64,000 bases of DNA, taken from the NCBI GenBank assembly GCA_038874655.1, contig JAVZBY010000002.1, forward strand, positions 201,711-265,710. The letters run 5' to 3'. Positions 57,863-64,000 of this stretch are shown one piece after another. Below the pieces are notes generated by a model that ran no database searches, was not told the DNA's origin, and worked only from the letters and a program-made list of their open reading frames with translations. Each line of letters opens with the position of its first letter. Position 1 is the stretch's first letter. Both the position numbers and the translations under genes were made by a program. This DNA is from Candidatus Woesearchaeota archaeon. GTDB lineage: Archaea > Nanobdellota > Nanobdellia > Woesearchaeales > GW2011-AR15.

Positions 57863-59458
57863 ATGTCATTAGAGGAAAGAGTTGCAAAAGCAGCATTAAA
57901 AATTATAGGTAAAACTATAAGAAATTTAGTTATTGGAGGGACAATAGCAGTAGGATTATTATATGGTGGTTATAGGTTAGGTTTGATTAAAGTTCCTTTA
58001 TTAGATCAATATAATCAACCATCAATATCAACTGTTGAACAGATGCAAAAGCAATTTTCTCAAGAAATAGAAAGTTTAGGAAATTTAATGACAGGAAATT
58101 GGGACTATGGTAATAGTCAAGAAGTAACATTACCAAGTGGACAAACAGTTGAATTAAAACAATTAGAACCAATTACTTACAATGTAATAGATATATTTAA
58201 CAGTTCTGCTCAACAAAGTATACCTATTGCAATAAGTAGCAGTAATCCTGGTGCTTGTCAACAACCTTCTTTATGTATAATTTTTTATACAAATATACCT
58301 ACACAACCACAAAATTATTTTTTTTTACCTTCATTTGCAAACACTATTCTAAGTTATTGGAAAGGTGATATTGGACTTTTAGATTTTTTGAATAATTTAT
58401 ATAAATCACCAATCCCGGGCTTAAAAGATATATTAGATTCATTTAATTTATTAATAGTTAATTTAAAGGGTGGGGAAGAAATTAAATTTGTAACTTTAAT
58501 TCAGCCAAATGGTAACATAAATTTACAAGAAATTGGAAGTACAGAAATTAATGAGATAGCATTACAGAATGGAAAAAATTATTATGAGATTCCTGGTGTT
58601 GTTTTAGAAACAAAAGTAGGTTTTCCTTTAAGTAGTATATCTGCAAACACAACTGATGCTTATAATGGAAATGCTATTATCTCTTTTCAAACATTAACTG
58701 TATTACCTAAAAATCTAAGACCTGAAACTTATTTTTCAAAACCTGCTTCCACTCCGGAAGAACATGAAAAAAGATTAGTAAATTATATCCAAGAGATTAG
58801 CAAATATGGATTAGTATCAATATCAATAAAACAAGAATATGAAGCAAACAGGCAAGTTGTTATAGTTTTTCCTGAATCTGGAATTGATGTTTCACAATTT
58901 GATATGTTAGGAAGATTCCCAAATGCAGTAGAATTAATTTATTTAAATGATGGTGATCCTAATAATCCAAATAGAAATAACGAATTATTAAAATATTGGA
59001 GAAGTTCACAAGGTCCAAATAAACAAACAACACTGGTTTCTGCTTATCAAGATTTGAGAAATTTAAGACAAACATCTTGTCAAGTTGCTCAATGGTTAAA
59101 AGAGGATGGCTTTAATGTTCAACCAGGAATTAGTGAGCCATGTTATGAGCCAAATGGACAAATTCAAAGGCCTGATTGGCTTGATTTATATGAGCAAAGA
59201 TTAAAAGAAGAACAAGCAAAATTAGTACAACAATCAATAGAAACTATTACTAATGCTATTCCTCAAATGCCTGATTTATGCGCAATGTGGACAGACAATG
59301 CAAGAAATTTATTAGGTCCTGATTGCAAACAAACTAATTCACAAACATTAAAAGTCTATGTTCCTGAGAATATGGTATCTTTATTACAAGCTTGGGCACA
59401 AATGTATCAAGCAACTTTTGGCGGCACAATTGAAATTTTACCATTGCCTCAACAATAG
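57863..59458 (+). CDS. Membrane-anchored hypothetical protein
   Basis: Single N-terminal TM helix (LVIGGTIAVGLLYGGY), Gln/Pro-rich, six Cys; no recognised family. Confidence 0.75.
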   Translation: MSLEERVAKAALKIIGKTIRNLVIGGTIAVGLLYGGYRLGLIKVPLLDQYNQPSISTVEQMQKQFSQEIESLGNLMTGNWDYGNSQEVTLPSGQTVELKQLEPITYNVIDIFNSSAQQSIPIAISSSNPGACQQPSLCIIFYTNIPTQPQNYFFLPSFANTILSYWKGDIGLLDFLNNLYKSPIPGLKDILDSFNLLIVNLKGGEEIKFVTLIQPNGNINLQEIGSTEINEIALQNGKNYYEIPGVVLETKVGFPLSSISANTTDAYNGNAIISFQTLTVLPKNLRPETYFSKPASTPEEHEKRLVNYIQEISKYGLVSISIKQEYEANRQVVIVFPESGIDVSQFDMLGRFPNAVELIYLNDGDPNNPNRNNELLKYWRSSQGPNKQTTLVSAYQDLRNLRQTSCQVAQWLKEDGFNVQPGISEPCYEPNGQIQRPDWLDLYEQRLKEEQAKLVQQSIETITNAIPQMPDLCAMWTDNARNLLGPDCKQTNSQTLKVYVPENMVSLLQAWAQMYQATFGGTIEILPLPQQ

Positions 59459-59582
59459 TCAATCAATTAAAGTATTTTTTCTTCTCTTCATATTAATAAA
59501 ATAAAGTTAAAAAACAAATACTTATAATGTTATTACTAATAAATAGTAAAATTTATATAATGGTTTTTATTTTTTTAAAATA

Positions 59583-61253
59583 ATGAAAAGAATTAAAGGA
59601 TATTATAATTCTAGCAATAAAGGAGTAGAATCAAGATTATTGCAACCTTTGAGAGTAAAACCAAAAAGAAGAGAAAAGCAATCAAAAGAACAATTAATAA
59701 AGAGAGACCATTTACCAATAAGAATTGAGAATCCTCCTTATGAAATACAAGGTAATTTAAATCAATGGTTATATTCTTGGGCTTTATATTTAAATGAAAA
59801 TTTGATTAATTTAGTTTGTGAAATAACAAATACAACACAACCACCAGGAGATATAAATGAAATAATTAGTAATACCCAATTAAATATGGAAGAGGTTATT
59901 GAAAGATTATTAAATTTTAGAGAAAATTTACCAAAACCACCAGAATTTTTAAGATCTTATTTAACAGACCAACAAAAAAGAAAACATCAAAGATGGATTA
60001 ATTATTATAATGAAAGATGGAAAAATGCAAGAAATACTGTTGATAATTTATTATATGGTTATGGACTCTTTGAATGGAGAAACTTTGCAAATGCATTTAA
60101 TAAATTTTATAATCCTCACCAGACTAATTTACAAATACAAAATCCAGAGCATAATCAAAAATTTAATAATATATACAACCACTTTTTTAATTGTTTAAAA
60201 ATAAACCTAAGCCTTGCCTCAAGAAATAATATAAGATATAGGGGTATAAATTATGCAGAAAAAAGCAGAAATAACTTATTAAACTTAGTTGATATTTATC
60301 ACCAAAGAATTTTGCCTGAAGGAATTAAATTGAATAAATTAACTTTAGATAATTTCTTTGATGTTTTTGATGCTATATTGGATGAACATTCTTTAAGAAG
60401 GGAAAAAGGACAAAATAAACATTTCTTAGAGGAATTAGCTTCAAGATTTAGTAATTATTATTTTAGTGAGTTTGCTTTTGCTTCTATGGTTTTAAATATA
60501 CAAATACCAAGTCAAATATCACCAGAACAATATGAACAGATAAAAACAAATTTAACTTCTGCATATGCTCTTGTTCATAAAGTTTTAGAAAAGGCAATTG
60601 AATTAAAAAAAAGAGAAAAACATAAAGAGTTTTATGGAAAAATTGCTGATTTTTTTATTTCTTATGGCTTAGATATTTTAAGTAAGTATTTTTCACAATT
60701 TTTAAATTTTAATGCTGTTGATATTGAAACAGCTGTTAGCAATTATTTATTTTTAATTCAAGCTTTACCTGAAAAAAAGAAGGAGATCTCTACAATTATT
60801 GATAAAAGTTTATATTTTGAAATTCAAAGATTAATTGATTATAATACCCAACTAAATAAAGAATTTAAACCAGAGTTTTATAATGCTGTTTTAGATTATG
60901 CAAGAAAAACAAAAAATGCATTTGATAAATTAAAAGAATATTGCCTAAATAATGAAAATAATAATGAATCTAATTTAAGCATTATTGTAAAAGGAGGAGT
61001 TTTAGGATTAACTATTCAATATATACAAATTGCAGGATTAGGTATTGTTAATAATTTGATTGAAGTTAATGAAGTTGTTCAATATATTAAAAGCATTATT
61101 GAAGAGCCTTTTTTTAATCAAGATGAGAGATTTATGCAAAGATTTAATGATCTGTTATTACAAAGCACAACTTATTTTGCACAATTAGGTGCTAGATATC
61201 CTGAGACACATTCTAAATTTGAAGAATTTTACACTAAATTACAAAAAGTTTAA
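59583..61253 (+). CDS. Hypothetical helical protein
   Basis: 556-aa ORF with own TATA-like box; no recognised motif. Confidence 0.75.
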   Translation: MKRIKGYYNSSNKGVESRLLQPLRVKPKRREKQSKEQLIKRDHLPIRIENPPYEIQGNLNQWLYSWALYLNENLINLVCEITNTTQPPGDINEIISNTQLNMEEVIERLLNFRENLPKPPEFLRSYLTDQQKRKHQRWINYYNERWKNARNTVDNLLYGYGLFEWRNFANAFNKFYNPHQTNLQIQNPEHNQKFNNIYNHFFNCLKINLSLASRNNIRYRGINYAEKSRNNLLNLVDIYHQRILPEGIKLNKLTLDNFFDVFDAILDEHSLRREKGQNKHFLEELASRFSNYYFSEFAFASMVLNIQIPSQISPEQYEQIKTNLTSAYALVHKVLEKAIELKKREKHKEFYGKIADFFISYGLDILSKYFSQFLNFNAVDIETAVSNYLFLIQALPEKKKEISTIIDKSLYFEIQRLIDYNTQLNKEFKPEFYNAVLDYARKTKNAFDKLKEYCLNNENNNESNLSIIVKGGVLGLTIQYIQIAGLGIVNNLIEVNEVVQYIKSIIEEPFFNQDERFMQRFNDLLLQSTTYFAQLGARYPETHSKFEEFYTKLQKV

Positions 61254-61307
61254 TTACTACTATAAAATAACAATAAATTTAAATATATTCTTTTTTTTAT
61301 CCTTAAA

Positions 61308-63443
61308 ATGCTCTTTTCATTAAAAAGAATTGTTCAAGTAGGTTTGTTATTAAGTGGATTATTTATTTCACTTTATAATACGGGTTTAGCAAACTCTTTT
61401 GATTTAATTAATCCACAATCTCAACAGCCACCTGCATGTGAAATTTTTCAAAATTATGATCCAAAATCAGCACCAACAGAAATTAACGAAATTTTTTCAG
61501 ATCCTAATTTTCAAAACGCAATTTGTTCTTTAAAAGGAAGTGTGCTTATAGTTGATAGTGAAGGTAAGGAAGTAAACTATTTAGATTTTAATCCATATGG
61601 AGAGACAGGAGGATATAGATATTTAACAGTTAAATTTCCTAAAATAGTTTTGACACCATTGATTAATTTTGAGTCAATACCTCCTTCTTTTGAAAATAAG
61701 GCAATAGGTCCATCAGGATTTCATATGGGCGCAGATTATACAAGTATTTTATATGATCCTACAGGAGAGTATACAATTATAGATTCAAATGGAAATAAAA
61801 TTCCAATTAACATTCATAGAATGCAAGCATTCTTTAAAAGACCAGAGGGATTAGAAGCAACAATAGTAGAAGAAACATGGCCACAGGGTTATGGTAAAAA
61901 TGGAATATTAATAAAACTTGGTAGTTATAATGATTGGGAATTACAATTAAGAATTGGACATGGGATTTTTCCTAATCAAAATGCTTTAATTGAAGATGAA
62001 GATGAAATAAAACAAATATTAGATTATTTAAATCAACAAATTAAAGAAAATCCAGAAAAATTTGTTCATGTAGCTGATTCAGGAATGGAAGGTGCAGCAA
62101 ATGGACATCCTCATTATCATGTAGAGCTTTCTTTATTAAATCCTAAAACAGGAAGACGTGTTTTTTTAGATCCTACCTTTACTGTAATTTTAAATCAACA
62201 TCCTGAAAACGTTTCTTCAATAAATAATTTAGTAGAACAAAAAAAACTTTCAGATAATGATTTAGTTAATGAATATATTGAATTTCTAAGACAAAGCCCT
62301 GAAGCAAGAGCACTTTTATTAACTATTGCGAGAAATGAAAGTGGATATAACTTTGATGCTAAAAACCCTAATTCAAGTGCTTATGGTTTTTTTCAAATTA
62401 TTGATTCAACAAATCAAGAACTTAATAAAAAAGGTTTTCCAGATAATAATAATAATAAAGAAACACAATTAGCAAAAGGTGCTTATCTTTTGGAGAGTAG
62501 AATAAAATTATATACTACTAAAGACCCAACAACATTTTTAAAAGAATTAACAAAAGAAGAACTTATTGATTTTTTAAATAAAGAATTACAGTGTGAATGG
62601 GCAGGAACACCAGGCACTTGTTTACAATCTAGAGGTTTTAATAATCAATATTATCCAGAAAATTATGGTTTTTCATCTTGGGAAAAAGCTCAAGAAGAAT
62701 TCTGGGAAACTTACAAAATACATTTAGAAATTTCTAAAAAAGGAGAAGATTTAATATCAACATTAATAGGAGAGGTTCAATTACCAAATGAAAGAGAAAG
62801 TGCATCTGAAATATCTTTAATAGATTATCTCAAACAACATCCAGATTTAGTTTTAGTTAATAACACTTTTAGAAAACAAGGTGTAAAAGGTCCTGAAGAA
62901 TGTAGAGAGGGAGAACTTTGGTTTATGGAAGGGAGTTTAAGACAAACACCTTTACCAGAAAAAGCAAATGCTTATACTTGTAATAAGGGACATTGGGACG
63001 AAATTCAAACTTTTAATCTAGAAGGTGTTAATTTAGAAGACTATACAAATAAAAGAGTACTACCTGATACACAGCAACAACAGTATAAACTTCCAGATTA
63101 TTTAAGAAATAGTCTTCAAATAAGTGGTGATGGTAGTGTTATATTTAACCCAAAGGAGCAATGGTTTCCAAATTATGAACAAAATCCTTTTTCATTTTTC
63201 TTGATTCCTGAAATAGACCAAGAAGGAAAAATACCTTTTTATCAAATACAAATTGCACCAGGTGTAATCTTAACTTTTAGAAAAGAAGAAGGCTCATTTA
63301 ATCTTTCAGAAATTTTTGATTTACAAAGAGAAATTTATTCCTCTTTAATGAATAGAGAAAATATTGAATTAAACTATGGAAGGTTAGTCAAAATTGAATT
63401 ACCTTATAGTGAATTTGAAGAATTAATATTAAAAAATCCATAA
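61308..63443 (+). CDS. Secreted M23 peptidase plus lysozyme-like (SLT/muramidase) fusion, probable peptidoglycan hydrolase
   Basis: Signal peptide; M23 motifs FHMGADY (HxxxD), LRIGH, HPHYHVEL (HxH), FLDP; lysozyme-like IARNESG, SAYGFFQII, EWAGTPG. Confidence 0.8.
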   Translation: MLFSLKRIVQVGLLLSGLFISLYNTGLANSFDLINPQSQQPPACEIFQNYDPKSAPTEINEIFSDPNFQNAICSLKGSVLIVDSEGKEVNYLDFNPYGETGGYRYLTVKFPKIVLTPLINFESIPPSFENKAIGPSGFHMGADYTSILYDPTGEYTIIDSNGNKIPINIHRMQAFFKRPEGLEATIVEETWPQGYGKNGILIKLGSYNDWELQLRIGHGIFPNQNALIEDEDEIKQILDYLNQQIKENPEKFVHVADSGMEGAANGHPHYHVELSLLNPKTGRRVFLDPTFTVILNQHPENVSSINNLVEQKKLSDNDLVNEYIEFLRQSPEARALLLTIARNESGYNFDAKNPNSSAYGFFQIIDSTNQELNKKGFPDNNNNKETQLAKGAYLLESRIKLYTTKDPTTFLKELTKEELIDFLNKELQCEWAGTPGTCLQSRGFNNQYYPENYGFSSWEKAQEEFWETYKIHLEISKKGEDLISTLIGEVQLPNERESASEISLIDYLKQHPDLVLVNNTFRKQGVKGPEECREGELWFMEGSLRQTPLPEKANAYTCNKGHWDEIQTFNLEGVNLEDYTNKRVLPDTQQQQYKLPDYLRNSLQISGDGSVIFNPKEQWFPNYEQNPFSFFLIPEIDQEGKIPFYQIQIAPGVILTFRKEEGSFNLSEIFDLQREIYSSLMNRENIELNYGRLVKIELPYSEFEELILKNP

Positions 63444-63476
63444 TCTTTAAATATAAAAATTTACTACCACTATAAA

Positions 63477-64000
63477 ATGACAGATTATTATTTTTTGGCA
63501 ATACCTGTTGAATTAATTTTGGAAAAAAAAAATGAATTAAATGAGCAGGATCCAGTTAAATTTAATTCACTTGACTCTTGCGTTAGTCAAGAGGAAACAT
63601 TTAACTCTTGGGTTAGTGGAAGAAAAGGTGCTGGTTTAAATTTAAAACAAGATCCATATAATCTTTGGTGGAGAATATTTTCTTTGTTAAATCTTTTACC
63701 AGATAGTTTTATCCCAATAGCAACCTTAAGAGTTATTACATCTGAGAATCGAAATCCATTTTTACCAGAAAGAGGGAATTATGTTGGTGTTATAATTAAA
63801 AGTGAAGAAAAACCGACTTTTGAGTCTGATAGAATAAAGGTATATGGCTTAGAAAGTGCTGGTATTGTAGTTGATGAAAAAGTAGATGATAAAAGAAACC
63901 CACATTTAACAATTTTACATTCTAATTCTAGTAGATTAGATAGTGGGAATGACTTACTAAATTTATTAAAAATATATGTAACTAATTTTGGGATTTCTTC
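63477..64000 (+). CDS. Hypothetical protein, 3'-truncated by the window edge
   Basis: Open frame from ATG 63477 (MTDYYFLAIPVEL) to the end of the window; TTTAAATA at 63446-63453. Confidence 0.65.
   Translation, partial: MTDYYFLAIPVELILEKKNELNEQDPVKFNSLDSCVSQEETFNSWVSGRKGAGLNLKQDPYNLWWRIFSLLNLLPDSFIPIATLRVITSENRNPFLPERGNYVGVIIKSEEKPTFESDRIKVYGLESAGIVVDEKVDDKRNPHLTILHSNSSRLDSGNDLLNLLKIYVTNFGIS

Noticed and set aside
831-60198. Numerous short ORFs antisense to or nested in long genes (e.g. 831-1040, 7987-8280, 33144-33584, 41792-42253, 60010-60198)
   Set aside because: Shadow frames of well-supported genes; F/L/I/S-rich composition is expected from the reverse of A-rich coding DNA.
63573-63620. 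Short near-repeat ACTCTTG(C/G)GTTAGT in the last ORF
   Set aside because: Two 14-nt in-frame copies only; too little to support a call.
1-64000. Alternative genetic code or diversity-generating retroelement
   Set aside because: Conserved genes are full length in the standard code and end at TAA, TAG or TGA; no reverse transcriptase or template/variable repeat pair was seen.

Overview
Very AT-rich archaeal chromosomal segment, most consistent with a DPANN archaeon (Woesearchaeota/Nanobdellota-like; inferred from gene families, not from a search). Housekeeping content: archease, aIF6, prefoldin alpha, FtsY, aIF1A, a Methanococcales-type S-layer protein, the Pop5-PsmA-SBDS-Rrp4-Rrp41-Rrp42 superoperon plus RpoK, ProRS, PheRS, RtcA, NAD kinase, ferredoxin/2-oxoacid:ferredoxin oxidoreductase and four tRNAs (Ser-GCU and Leu-UAG with 37/38 introns, Pro-CGG, initiator Met). 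Standouts: (i) a secreted M23-peptidase plus lysozyme-like fusion, i.e. a probable peptidoglycan hydrolase in an archaeon, inside a run of co-oriented orphan genes; (ii) a full-length bacterial-type Rel (HD-SYNTH-TGS-ZFD-ACT); (iii) other bacterial-type enzymes (RNase HIII, class I PRPP synthase); (iv) two fused nucleotidyltransferase-HEPN paralogues, one in a putative operon with a large TIM-barrel metalloenzyme; (v) a catalytically degenerate tyrosine recombinase coupled to a secreted glycoprotein between two tRNAs; (vi) a frameshifted Fic gene; (vii) a duplicated tRNA-Ser 3' end with hairpins. No CRISPR array, rRNA or intact mobile element was seen. All protein calls are from motif recognition by eye.
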